Shown in pieces: positions 35,090 through 47,664 of a stretch of DNA of 64,000 bases (the first letter of the stretch is position 1; each line of letters starts with the position of its first letter). The notes under the pieces were generated by a model. That model was not told the DNA's origin. It did no database searches and saw only the letters and a list, made by a program, of their open reading frames with translations. The translations under genes were made by a program, and so were the position numbers. The DNA is from Vicugna vicugna (lineage: Eukaryota): contig MU063211.1 in assembly GCA_013265495.1 (NCBI GenBank), positions 124,001-188,000 of the forward strand. The letters run 5' to 3'.

Positions 35090-35530
35090 TGTGCTGTGCA
35101 ACTTGTTATTTTGAAACGTCTGCCAGATTTATTTGATTAAAAACCATCAACTCTAGTTTTGAATCCACACATTCGAGGAGAATTCCCGAAGCTTCCAACT
35201 GGTGAAAACGGAGAGATGGAGTTCGCTGGGCACCTCGGACGACGCCCCTCCCCTCCCGCATTCCTCAGCCATGCGTCCTCGCTTCAGCGCGTGCGCACGG
35301 ACAGACCTGGGGTTAATTTTTCGTGGGGAGTTGGACCATAAATGATTTTTCTATTTACTTGTGTAACTCGTACATAAAATATGATGGTATTCAATCAAAT
35401 ACAGCCCAACTGCAAATTACGCTAGACAAACAGCGCGAAAAATTCAGTCTGCTATTGACTGTCCGTGCACGCGCACGTATACATTATTGATGCATATTTA
35501 AGAGCAGCAGAGTAGCGATCTGCTCCACGT
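35090..35530. promoter_or_regulatory. Candidate conserved enhancer (AT-rich island)
   Basis: CCATAAA 35336, CATAAAA 35373, TCAATCAA 35391, TATTGAT 35485; no repeat recognised. Confidence 0.4.
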
Positions 35531-35738
35531 TGTTGGCCCTTTGTGAGTAGTTTGACGCTTTCCGGGCGTTGGCTCGCGGTCGGGAGAATTTCCGATGCCG
35601 TGGCACTCGAGGGTTTGTGGTAACAGGTCTTCTTTTCATCCCCCCCAACCCCCTCTGTGCCACTGAGCTCCTGGGAGGACCGCAGGCTCCCTGGAAAAGA
35701 GGCCCCTGTGTTCCTCTTTGCTGTTCTAGCCTCTGACA

Positions 35739-35908
35739 CGGGGGTTCTCAGCTGGGGACGACTTGGCCCCAGTTGAGACATTTGGCGATGCCCGGAGGTG
35801 TTTTTGGTCGTCACAACTTTGCTGGCATCTGGTGGGGTCCAAGGCTGCAGCTCAACAAAGAATTAGCATGTTCCAAACCGTCAGCAGTGCTGAGGGGGAG
35901 GAACTCGG
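35739..35908 (+). mobile_element. MER20 (hAT-Charlie MITE)
   Basis: ggttctcagctggggacgacttggcccc...gacatttggcgatgcccggaggtgtttttggtcgtcacaac...caacaaagaatta...gtgctgagggggaggaactcgg, collinear with the recalled MER20 consensus apart from an internal deletion. Confidence 0.85.
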
Positions 35909-36235
35909 TCCCCCGCGCTGCGGCAAGGGCGGTCCGCGTTTCAGGAAGGGAGCCCGGCGCTCAGCTCGTGTCTGCTGCTCAGAGGACCTCCCCCGCGGCC
36001 CTCCCTCTTAGCAAACGTCCCCTTTAAGACACAGCCCCAGGACCACCCTCAGGGACTCTACACAGGGCTCCCGGCTCGCCAGAGTGCCAGTCCCAGGACA
36101 CTGGCTAGTTAGATGGGAGTCCGCTTCCCCCGTGGCTCACGGCGCCCCCTGGGGACACCAACTCCATCTTGTCATTTCTGCTTCCCCAGAAGCTTCCCCA
36201 GGCCCAGAGTCTAGTCTGTTCTGAATAAACGTTTG

Positions 36236-36406
36236 CTGGCTGGCTGGATGGATGGATGGTGGATGAGTGGATAGATGGGTCAGCAAATGGAAGCAAAGAT
36301 GGATGGTGCCTAAATGAGGTGGGTGGATAGATGGCTGGATGGATGGTGGTTGGGCGGATGGAAGGAAGGGTGTATGGTGGATGGGAGGGGGTTGGATGGG
36401 TGGATG
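36236..36406. repeat. Degenerate (GGAT)n repeat after an L2-like tail
   Basis: ctgaataaacgtttgctggctggctggatggatggatgg... Confidence 0.85.
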
Positions 36407-38954
36407 CCTCGTGGACAAATGACCGGACCAGCAGCAGGTAGGTCAGGAGGCCAGTGGAAGCCTGTAGACTCTGTGGAACTGAACGGTCGGTCCGCAGAGG
36501 GCAGGGCTCTCTCTCCTGCAAGCTCTGCCGCGGCGACCCTGGGGCTGTCCCAGGGACAAGCTGGCGGCCTGGGGGAAGGGCTGCCAGGTGAAATACAAGA
36601 CTCCCAGTTAAATTTGATTTTTTTTGCAGCTAACCTTAATTTTTTAGTGTAAGTGTATCTTAAATGTTAAGGGGACATACTTATATTAAAAATTGTTGTT
36701 TATCTGATTCAAATCCAACTGCATCTTGTGTTTCCACTTGCTCAGTCTGGTGAGGCTGCCTGGGCGGGAGAGTCTGTGCCCTTCTCCTTCACGTGTGTGT
36801 GAGTTTCTGACGTGGAGGCTGAGCACTACTGGCAGGAATGAACGTCGGGCCCCTCGTGGTGGCCCCAGGTCCCGGGAGGCTGCTACGCCATGTACGCCCC
36901 GGGCCCGGACAGCACGGGCGGGGCCCCGGAGGCCAGTGCCGGGCGGGGCCGGCCTCCCTCTGCTCCCCGTGGGCAGAGAACGCTGCGCTCCGGCCTGCCG
37001 CGTCCTGCGCTGCCCTGTTTCAAGGTCCCTGTCACTGTCAGGCCCTCCCTTTGGGTCTTTTGAGGACAACTCCAGGCCCCTTTCCCTGCAGCCCAAGCTC
37101 TGCTTTGAGATGACAGAGAAAGTGATTAACTGCAAAGCAGAAGCCACTGCAAATTTGTGTTTGTGAATTGTCATCCGTCCTGGGAAACCAGCAATGAAGG
37201 GTCTGGAGACACACACCTCCCCACCCCCGCAGAGAGTTCCAGCAGGAAGGCGGGCTGTGTGGGAAAGCAGCCTAAGTTTAGCAGAGAAGGCTGCCTAAGG
37301 ACATGGGCGGGGCCCGTAGGAGGGACGCCGGTGAGGCTGTCCCAGCAGGAGCAGAGGACTGAATAACCCTCCTGCCCGAGCCTTCCCTGTGGCTCACCGC
37401 ACCTGAGACCCCGCGACCCCGCGACCCCGGGGCGGCCTCTAGATTCTGGCATCAAAGCTCTGCCAGATGCCACCCATCTCTTGTCCATCCAGGGGGCTCT
37501 GCTATTGCCCCTCCCGAGCTAGGCGCTGGGAAACACCTGCCCCTGGCGGGCTTTCCCCAGGAGCTGGCTTCTCAGTTGAGTCCTGAGAACCGTCCAGGTG
37601 GGGGCAGTGGTGGGAATGGGGTGTAGGGGGTCAGGGCAGCAGCGGGCCCAGCGTGTGGGGGGCCTGGAGGAAGCTCACAGAGCGGAGAGGAGGGCTCCGG
37701 CCTGTGCGGGTGCTGGGGGCGCAGAGGGCGGGAGTGAGAAATGGAACCCTGACTTCTGTCCTGGGGACCCTGCGGGAGGGACCCACGCCCGGGGTTGCAG
37801 GCGTCTGAGGCGGGCAGCACTCAGGGGGAATATTCTGGATTCGGTGGGTCTGGGACGCCGGCGGGGCATCCTGAGAGCGGCGGACGCCGCCCTGCTCCCC
37901 ACGCGGACTTTTAGCCTGGGCGTGCTGGCGCCACCTGGGGCTCTGAGCCTCTCCGAGCTCAGAGCCCCAGGGAGTTCCAGCGCGAAGCCAGGGAGGGGGC
38001 GTAGGTGGGCCGCCGAGGCACAACCGCACATGACCCACAGCCGCACAGACAGCCCAGCCCTTCCCCCCCAGGCTCGCGGAGGAACGGTATGTGCCGTGTG
38101 TCTCCTGGCGAGGCCCTGGGCCTCCCCTTGGCCACGGTCTCACCCGCCAAGGTGACCCTCCCTCCAGGCCATGCAAGCTTAGGATGCAGGCCACTGCCGG
38201 GGTCAGTCCCCACGATGCCCCATCCCGGCCTGACAGCCGCGCTCGCCCTCGGCTGTCCTCAGCACTTAGCGTGACGGCAGATGCCTGCCACAGCGTGGGG
38301 TTCACTCCACTCTTTGCTTCCGGGACCTAATGGTCCTCCTCTGCTGAGATGGAGGTGATGGCTAGCGCGCCTGACATTGGAGACCCACTTGCCCTGAATA
38401 GATGAATCGAACCCGAGTCTCGCTAGGGCGTCAGCTCTGCAGGTGCACGGATGTGTCACTTTCTATAACCGATAGTTAAGGTGGGCTGAACAGCACCAGA
38501 AAAATTCTCCAAAAATAGACTTAATAACAGATGCGGTATGCAATTATTATTTTTCTTGGGGATCTTAAAAATTCCTTTTCACAGAGATATTTTTCTTGAC
38601 GCTGAAAATACCCTCCGCTGAGCACTGGGACTGGGCCTCGTGGCCGTGACTGGCCGTGTCGGGCCGGGAGGGCTCGTGCAGGGACAGGGTCCGTGCAGTG
38701 GAACTGGGTGGGTTCCGGGAGGCTGAGGGGTCAAGATGCCCAACCAGGGAACAAGGACAGGCCCCCCACGGCCACACTCCCCACCCCACCTGAAGGCGAA
38801 CAAGAACCAGAGAACTGAGCCTTGAACAAAGGGAATTCAAATCAGCCCTTGCTGAGCTGCCAGGTGGAGAGAAGACAAGAGATGAATTATCTCTGACAAA
38901 CTGCCGGGGAGGCTCCAGCAGGCAGGGGACTCCAACCTGGTTCCCGCCAGCGCC

Positions 38955-39375
38955 GTGTGGGGTTGACCCCCTCCAAGTTCACGTGCTGGTGTCCTGACCC
39001 CCGCACCTCAGAGCAGATCTCATTTGGAAATGGGGTCATGGCAGATGTAATCAGTTAAAATGAGGTCACTCTGGAGCTGTGACTCCGGAGCCGGCGGGCC
39101 CTAATCCAAGGTGACGGGTGTCCTCATAAGAGGAGGTCTTGGGAAGATGACAGATACGCAGAGGGAAGCTGGCCACGTGACGGCGAAGGCGTGCGTTGGG
39201 AGCCGCGTCCACCAGCCAGAAGCTGGGAAAGGCAGGGGCCAGACCTCCCTCGAGCCTCCAGGGGCACCGGCCTGACCGACACCTGGCCTTCAGGCCTCCA
39301 GGACGCGAGAGGGTAGGTTTTGCTGTTTTAAGCCCCAGCTTGTGTTCACTGTCACAGCGTCCGTCTCTCTGGGCA
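38955..39375 (+). mobile_element. MaLR LTR (MLT1A/B/C-like)
   Basis: atttggaaatggggtcatggcagatgtaatcagttaaaatgaggtca...ccctaatccaaggtgacgggtgtcctcataagagg...gctgttttaagccccagcttgtg. Confidence 0.85.
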
Positions 39376-40109
39376 GTTTGACGGCGGTCCCTTCCCGGGG
39401 GTCGGTGACTAGCACCCCCCAGGCGACAGAAGACACAGCCCTCTTCCCGACCAGGCGGGGGCCCCCGCACCGCTGTGTCTGCTCAGCGCGGCCGGAGACG
39501 TCTCAGCGGAGGGGCCTGGCGGTGCCAGATGAACACCAGGTGTCCTGCAAAATGCAAATTTCAGCCGTGTGACCTAGAAATCGCACTCCCACGTCCACCC
39601 AAGACAAACAGAAACACACGTCCACACAGAATCCCGCCTACGAGCGCGGAGAGCAGCAGGTGGGCTCAGCGCCTAACGGTGGGAGCAGCCAGGTGCCTGC
39701 TGGAAAAGTAAGCCCTTGCACCAGGCCCGGGTTAAAAACAGCTGCGCAGGCTGTCTCCAAGTCGCCGCGGTAGGTGAGAGCGACTCCGGCGTGGAAACGA
39801 GCTCAACTCCAAACACAGCGAGGCGGCCGGGGACTGACAGCCAAGGAGGGCCTGTCAGTGGACAGAGGTCACAAGAGGAACCTGACTGGGTAGCAAGTGG
39901 GGGACTCTGGCCCAGCAGGAGGCCTGCTAACGCCAGCCAAGGACACTGGCACCAAGGGTGGGGGCCGAGGAGCTGGGTCAGGGGCCCTCGCTGTGGGGGT
40001 TCTCGAAACACCGGCTGTTAGCAGAGTTCTTAGTGGCACCTAGCTTGGTCTACCCGGCAGGCAGCAGACCGGGCTCCGGGGGTCTCAGAGGAGCCCGTGG
40101 AGGAGACGG

Positions 40110-40478
40110 CCGTGTGTAACCAGTGATGCGCGGACACGCAGGCGTGGTCCAGCCGCACAAGGGGCTCTATTCAGCATGAGAAGCAGTGAAGCCCTGGGAC
40201 CCACTGCGGCGTGGAGGAACCTCGGACGCTTGGGAAGGGAGGGGAGCCGACACAGAAGCCCACATGGTGTACTAGGCCCCAGACGAGGTGAGTAGGAGAC
40301 GGAAATCTCCGGGGACGTGGAGCAGACTGACGGCTGCCCGGGACCGCGGGCCACGGGGAGCGCGCCAGCAGCGGGAGCGGGTCCTCCTTGAGGTGATAAA
40401 AATATCCCCAGAACGGGACTCTGGTGGTGGCTGTGTTCATCTGCAAGTACACTACACACCATCGAACTGCACACTTTA
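40110..40478 (+). mobile_element. Old LINE-1 (L1MB-like) 3' end, strongly GC-shifted
   Basis: ggcgtggtccagccgcacaaggggctctattcagc corresponds to the recalled aatgtggtatatccatacaatggaatattattcagc; ends ccatcgaactgcacacttta. Confidence 0.8.
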
Positions 40479-40531
40479 TTTTTTTAATTGAAGTACAGTC
40501 AGTTGCAATGCGTCAGTCTCCGGAGTACAGC
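40476..40531 (-). mobile_element. Very short young L1 tail (camelid-like)
   Basis: Reverse complement ctgtactccggagactgacgcattgcaactgactgtacttcaattaaaaaaa. Confidence 0.65.
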
Positions 40532-43099
40532 CCACGAGTGGTACCCTTCACGTGGGTGCGCGGTGCGGGGCGGGACACGTCCCAGTCCAGCTGTTTGAGG
40601 ACAGGCAGGCTGGACGCCCTCGCAGCACGCCCACCAGCGCACCCAGCACGCGGGACGCTCTGCTCACAGCTGTGTCCTCCGAATGGGGTCGTCGTCCTGG
40701 AAAACGCGAGATTTCAGATAAACAAAAAATTCCAGTGTGAACACGTCCATGCGATCATATTGGTGCTGCGTCTAAAATTCACGTGTAGCAGGCGTAGAAA
40801 TGAACAGGGCTTATCTGCTAAATCCAGCCGCCCGGGGGCCCCGCCGAGGCTGCCGGAGCGCCGCACGGTGGACGCGTCCTGCTCTCCAGGCGCCGGGAAG
40901 CGGCTCCTTCCTTGACCGGACGGGCCAGTGATCACAGCCACAGCAACAATGGCCGTAGTAACAATAATAATAATTAATAACAATAATAAGTCACCGCCCA
41001 CGGGACACTCAGGAGGGCGGCTCACACTGGCTGCTGCTCACTGGGTTTTCGCCCTGGGCTCTGTATCCGGCTCGTGTCTCAGGTGCTCCATCCCGCTGAA
41101 CCCCAGTCAGACTCCAGGGAAGCGGGAAGCTGGGGCCCGGGGGGCTGCGGACGTGACCTCCACCCTGAGCGTGGGTGCGATCACACCAGCCTCACCGCGC
41201 AGTCAGCCAGAGCGGGTCCCGCCCCAGCCCGTGGCCGGCACAGCCAAGGGCAGTCGGGTCACGGGCTGCAGGCAATTCGGCTCGACACCTGCTGGGGGCT
41301 GTGGCTCAGGGCGGGGTGACTGGTCCTGCTCCCCACAGACCCTACAGAGTAAAGGAGTCCGAGATGCGGGCCAAGCGAGGCCCCGAGCCTGCCTACAGGT
41401 GTCGGTGGGGATGCAGGTGTCTGTGACCACGGGAGCAGGCGCTGGGACCCACCCACCTCGGCCTCCCAGGGCCAGAGGTGGACTCCGGACCCTGCAAGGC
41501 TGATGGTGCTCGGAGCCGGGAGGCCAGGCAGGGTGCACGGCGAGCTACGGGGCCCTCCAGTCGGGCAGCAGGTGTGGCCGCAGCAGTGGAGCTGCCTCCT
41601 CGTCCCGGCCCCTGGGGCCTCTGAGGCCCAGCAGCACAAGTGATCCGCAGTTAAAGGGAAGAGAGAGCTTTCAGGAAGGGCTGCCTGACCTCCATGAAAG
41701 CGGCTTCTCTAAAAAGCATCCATTAGGGGAGGGAGCAGGCTGCTCTGCTGACAGCGACATCCTTCCTGCGCGTTTGCAGAAACTCCACCCAGGAAAGGCC
41801 CCTGGGCTGGGTGGGGCCTGGCCCCGCCCTGGCGTGGGATGGCTCTGTGATGTCCCCCCCGCTGACGCCTCACAGCCGGGTTCACGGGGCAGGCTGACCC
41901 TGGAGCTCCCCGACTGACCACCAGGGACTGAGGACAAGGACGGCCAGCAGCAGGCTCCCTCCGCCTCCTCTGGGCGGCTGAGCGAACACGAGGCAACGGG
42001 GGTCCAGGGAGAGAAGCTGCTTCCTGGAGTGCGTCCTTACTGGTGGCAGAGCCCGGGCCCCAGCCAAGTGCCTCGCTCCGGCGGGACGCTCGTGACGCGG
42101 CGCGATCTGGTGACAGGTGACTTAAAAACAGCTACACGTGTTTCCCACCCCTCAGCAGCCCCGCACTTACCAGGACAAGACTCGGCCAGCGGCAGGGCCA
42201 CCACCGCCATCAGCGCCGACGGAGCCCCGCTCTGTACCAGGGCTTACAGCTGGCTCTGGGCCATGCCCTTCAATTTGCTGAGTCGCCATCAGATGAACAC
42301 TTGAGGCCACCGTAGAGATTGGCCAAAGGGTCCCACCTGCTAAATGCATCGCCCAGAAAGCATTTCCAGACCCACCTGCAGCCTCTCCCTGAGCCACGGA
42401 AACTTACATGGCCCAGAGGGCCCTGGGCCCAGGCCTGGTGTCACTGCCGCCCCGCAGTGAGTGAGGGCGGGCCGGGGCCCGGGGCTGCCTGGTCTCTCTG
42501 CCCAGCCCCCTCCCCTGGGGCCAGGCTGCCCTCTCGGGGGCAGAAGATGGGGTGGAGGTGCTTCAGACCCTCTCCTGGGGAGGCCCGTCCAGCCCCTAGT
42601 GACGAAACCACAGGCCCTCGGAGCGAGCGCTCAGCAGCCGCGACCCCCGTCAGACCCCTGCGGCCTCTCTGCTGCCTGAGGCCAGCCGGGGACAGGCATG
42701 CCCCTCGGCCAATGCGGGCTGTCTGGGCACATGAGGACCCGCGGGCAGCGCCCACCTGCCGGGGCTGGGGCAGAGCCCAGCATCTCTGACCAGAGGTGCC
42801 CAGCCCCCCACCCCGGGGGCCTGCAGAGCTGAGGAGACAGCGTAAGTGCGGGTGTGGGCCGGCTCTGAGCCCGCGATGCTCTGTGCGCTGGAGGTGTTAT
42901 TAAACCGATTTATTACCCGGGATGTCCCTCCCAGCCAAGCCCATTTCAGACCAATTAAACTGAAAAACGGCTGCAGAAGATTGTACGCTGGGAGTCTGCG
43001 AAGCCGCTAGCGCTGGGCCCTGCGCTTCCACACCTGTGGGGCTGTGCCCGGCTCTGCTCGGTCTGCCTGTGGCCCCAAAGCGGTCAGGCCCCAGTGCCT

Positions 43100-43490
43100 G
43101 GAGCCTGTGCACGTTAGGCCCCATGGGATCAGGGTCTGTGCGTGTGTGGCTGAGGGTGTGCAGGGGGTTGGAGCCCTGGGCGGTCCGGGTGGGCCCGGCC
43201 TTACGGCGAAGGTCCTCATCAAAGGAGGGCAGGGGGGCGTCGGACACAGAAGAGAAGCCACATGAAGGTGGAGGCAGGGACTGAGGCGACGCGGCCACAA
43301 GCCCAGAGACTCCTGGGGCCCCGAGGAGCCGGAAGGGGCAGGCAGGACCCTCCCCTGGAGACTCCAGAGGGAGCAGGGCCCTGGGACACCTTGGTTTTGG
43401 ACTCCAGCCCCCAGACCTGGGAGAGGACTCATTTCTGCTGTTGTTGGCCCCCCGGCTTGCGGTTCTTTGCAGGCGCAGCCAGCACACTGC
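43100..43490 (+). mobile_element. MaLR LTR (MLT1B/C-like)
   Basis: ggccacaagcccagagactcctgggg...ggaccctcccctggagactccagagggagcagggccctgggacaccttggttttggactcc. Confidence 0.7.
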
Positions 43491-44050
43491 CCGGAGGGAG
43501 CAGCCTGCTGGGGCCTGGGTCGTGGTCTCTCCCGTCTAACAGACATGGACCGCTGATGGAGACGGTGGCCCTGGGCCCAGGCCGGGCACCCCGCGTCCTC
43601 GCAGGGCCGGCCCTCACCTGGCCTGGCTGGCCTGGGGTTCGTGTCGCCTCCCGTGTCCTCCGTCAGGCCCACTTCCTTGGGACGGTGAGGCCTCGGGGGG
43701 CGGTCACCTCTGTGTCACGTGATGCGATGGCGCTCGGCACGCCTGAGTTAGCTGGCTCCTCAGGTAAGACCCAGAGAAGATTTGGCAGCACCAAAACCCC
43801 AGGGGAAGCCGGGTTCCGGCCCACTGAGCCCTGGGGCAGCACCTGCGGTCCAAAGTGGTCTTGGCCAAGCTCTGGTCCCCGTCCTGGGGTCCAGGTGCCG
43901 ATCTGCCAGCAGCCCTGATTTGGATGACTCCATGAGGACCTCAGGAGCTCATGGGCTTCCTGGTGGGTGTCTGGGCTGGGCCCATGTGTCCTTCTCTGGC
44001 CAGTCACAGTGCCCCAGTCCTTTGGTCACCTGCCACGTGGCCATAAAGAG

Positions 44051-44365
44051 CCTCCCTTCTCCATCCTCCCTCCTCCGTCCTCTTCCTCTATCCTCCCTCC
44101 TCATTCCTCCCCCCTCGCTCCTCCCTCCTCCCTCTCCTGTCCTCCCTCCTCCATCCTCCCTCCTCCCTCCTCCCTCCTCGCTCCTCCATTCTCCTTCCCC
44201 CATCCTCCCTCCCTGCTCCTCCATCCTCCCTCCTCCCTCCTCCATCCTCTCTCCTCGCTCTTCCATCCTCCTTCCTCCCTCCCCTGTCCTCCCTCCTCCA
44301 TCCTCCCTCCTCCCTCCCCTTCCTCCCCATCCTCCCCCATCCTCCCTCCTCCCTCCTCCCTCTTC
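44051..44365. repeat. ~315-bp polypyrimidine/polypurine tract (CCTCCCT/CCTCCAT units)
   Basis: Almost entirely C/T on the plus strand, built from degenerate 7-mers. Confidence 0.95.
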
Positions 44366-47300
44366 TGTGCTGCAGCTCCCGAGGCAGCCGAAACAAGCCG
44401 TTTCCCACGTGTGTCTCTGGGAAAAGGTCACAGGGGCTGCTTGGCCCACGACACATAGGACTCAGAGGTGGGATGGGCTTTGCTTGGAAAAGCGTCACAT
44501 GGTCTTCAAAGACCCAAATCTCTGAGCACTGCCCCCACTGCAGTGCCGTTAAACCACATTTGGGCACAAACGTTGTCTCCAAAAGGTTCTGCAGGCAAGT
44601 CCCACACGTCAGCCCGGAGGTGGGAGGCCGTCTTTGCCCACGGATGCCTTTCCTGCGGGAACTCGATCTCTCTGACTGGGACTGCCCCCACCCGACTTCT
44701 CAGTGCCCACACCCCCAGACCCAACGCGCCCTGCAGCCGTCCTGTCCCTCCTCCCCGGGACTGCCCCCTGCACGTTGGCACCCATCAGCTTCACCCGGGA
44801 AATGCGACGTTGTGCCCGCCCCCAGTGAGCCCTCCTCCTGACCCCTGGCCCCTCTCCCAGGAGACGGCCACCTCTGCTCCCGGGGCTGAGCTCAAGGCTG
44901 GACGTGGTGGGAGGCGCGTCCTCTGAGACAGTCACTTAATACAGGCAGGGGGAGTGGAGAGGCGGACGGGGTGGGCTCTGGGGGGCGGCCCACCGTGCCG
45001 AGCTGCGTCGTGCTCCCCACGCCGAGCGCCCATGCCCTTGCCGGAGCAGAAACTTCCTGCTGTGTTTGGAAGATGCCCCCAGATGCCCCCATTGCTCCCG
45101 CTTCTCCACACGGTGCCCTGCAGTCTGTAGCCGACTTTATGCTGCAAACAAGTATGAAATATGACAACCAGAACGAACCACACTGTCCTCATGAATATGC
45201 AGGTGGGCCGTCTCGGTGGCCTCCGCAGCTCTCCGGAGCAGGGAGCTGCTCGGCCGCGGGGGTGGCGGGAGGGCGGGAAGCCAGGTCCCAGGCCCGGCCG
45301 GGGGGAGTGCGGGTGACACAGGCCCGCAGCCCCTCTTCCAGGCCACCGCCCGCCCTCTGGGGACCGTCTCAGGAGGGGAAAAGAGAATTCCCTGCCTGGG
45401 CGCCCTTCTCCCGCAGAAAGGGACCTGGGGGAGACGCTCAGTGCCAGCCCCGCCGGCCTGCCTCCGGCCCAGCAGGTGACAGTGGACATGCCCGCCGCCT
45501 GGCACGTGGCAGCCCCTCAAGGCATCCACGCTGCAATGAGAAAGGTAGAAATGGCCTAAATCCCCCAAAGTGAGGGGCTGGACAACGCGGCGTGGGCTCT
45601 GAGCCCCTGGGGGCCCCTCCCCCTCATACACACCCCTGGGCTCCCAAGGATGTGTGGACACAAACCAGCGCTGGCTTCAGCCCCAAGAGGGCCGCCCAGG
45701 CTGCACGGCTCCGAGCGGGGCGGGGGCTGGTCCTGGAGCCCATTCTCCCCTCCCTGCCCGGGGCCTGGGCTCCTGCCGCCCCACCTGATCTGGGGAGGGT
45801 GGGGGGCCCTGGACCCTGAGGCTGCTGCACCCCCAGATTCCCCCAGACTTGGCTCCACTGCTTCCGACCTCAGATCTTTAGGAAACCCTCGGCCTCACCC
45901 TGCTCCCGCCGGGGGGCCTGTGCGTGTGTGAGTGCGTGCGCACACGTGTGTGACCCTGCACGTGGGCAGCGTGTGCACTGCCTCTGCCAAGTCCGACCCC
46001 TGCAGGTGAGCACTCTCACCCGGTCCGACTTCCCCCAGGACCCTCCAGGGACAGGACGCGGACCCAGCCGCGACCCCAGACCCCAGGGTGCGGGCAGGCG
46101 CGCCCCGGGGCCCTGTGCGCCGCGCCCTGCTCCCCTACTTCGCGGTGCCTTTGCTCCAAAGCCCTGTGCCCGTCACCCTTGGTGTGGCCCCTGGAGCCAG
46201 TTTGCCTCTCTGTGCAGGGAGCCGGGCCCAGCTCTCACCACCTTGAACTTCTCTGCCAGAAGCTTCTAGAAGACGTGGTGCTGGTTCCCTGATTCCCTTC
46301 TGCAAAGTGCTCCTGCCAGGAATGGACCCCCAGCTCAGAGACAACCAATGCCTCGGCCAGTCGGCAACAGAAGGAATTCTCTGTCTCTGGGACGAGCAGA
46401 CCCATTCACAGCGGTCAGCATGTGCGGGGAGCACAGACAGATGCGGGCATCCTGTCCCCACCCCACCTCGGGCGTCCCTCCCAGGCAGGCCCATAGGCTG
46501 CGGGGTGCACTGTCCCCCGGCTCCCAGGCAGGTTCCGCCCCCACCTCAAGAGGCCCCTCTTCCCACCACCCGCTCAAGGGACACTTCCTGTCCCAGTGGG
46601 AGCCATTCCTGCCCTGCCCGGCAGGGTCAGGCCTCCAGGTGGCTCCCCCCAACCACGTACGGTGTCTTGCCACTTGTGGGGACGGGATCGCAGCTGTAAG
46701 TCTGGGCAGGTCGGCCTCTCCCACCAGCCTGCGGGCAGGGTCATCTCCATCGGGGGAGATTCTCTCGCCGAGCAGGGCCCGCAGCCCCTCCATGTCGGGG
46801 GGCAGCCTCTTTCCTGCTGTTCCTCATCCCCCACAGCCCGGGAGCCGGCTGAGCACAAGCCACTCGTCCCCTTGTACGGATGTTTATGGATGAGGGCGCG
46901 GGGCATCCCCCGGGACTCTTAGAAGGACCATGAAGGTAACGGTGCTTTGGAAACTGGCCGCAGAAGGGCCGTCGCGGTTCGCGGGGGGAGGGCAGGACCC
47001 ACAGCCCCGACGGCAGGCACAGACGTCCACAGGCGGGAGCAGGCCTCTCGGGGCCCAGAGGGTGATGGCAAGTCAGCCTGCCTGGAGCAGCCCTCCGGCC
47101 GCCTGGGCGGGCCCAGCACGCAGCAGGCAGGCTGTGTTTGCTGAGCGAAGTAACGCTGAAGACGAGGGTGGCAAGAACCATTTCTTGGGGAGAAATCTGG
47201 CCAAGAGGGAACAAGATCCTTGTAAATTAAAAAAAGGGACAGGCGACGTGGGAACCGGGTCCTTCGGTGGCTTTGGCAGGAACACGAGGCGCTGTCCCCA

Positions 47301-47664
47301 CGGTGGCCGCCCCCCCACACACACCTGCTCGCGCTGCTGCCGCGCGGCGGCCTCCCAGCCTCCCGGCAGAGGTGCCCCGCGTCCCCCTCGCCGCTGCTGG
47401 GAGGGAAGACGGCTCCGTCCTCACGCGGATGGCTCACCGAGCCTCACAGGGGCTCGCTGGGCACCCTAGCCATCCCGTTGTGCAGACCAGGAAGTCGAGG
47501 TCCAGGGACGCAGGGAGTGCTGCCTGGCCCCTCCTCGGCCCTCCTCTGCGCGCTCCCAGCGTTGCCCTTCGCGGCTTCCGGGGGTCCCTCCAGATGCACC
47601 TGGCAGGCGTGAGCCCTGGCCTCGCTTGTGGACAGGAGCGGACCGCCGCCCACGAGACTCGCCC

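Noticed and set aside
39716-40021. DSGVET phosphodegron-like peptide
   Set aside because: A six-residue match in an unsupported frame with no good splice acceptor.
45191-45202. MORE-like POU dimer site ATGAATATGCAG
   Set aside because: An isolated imperfect 12-mer, too weak without conservation data.
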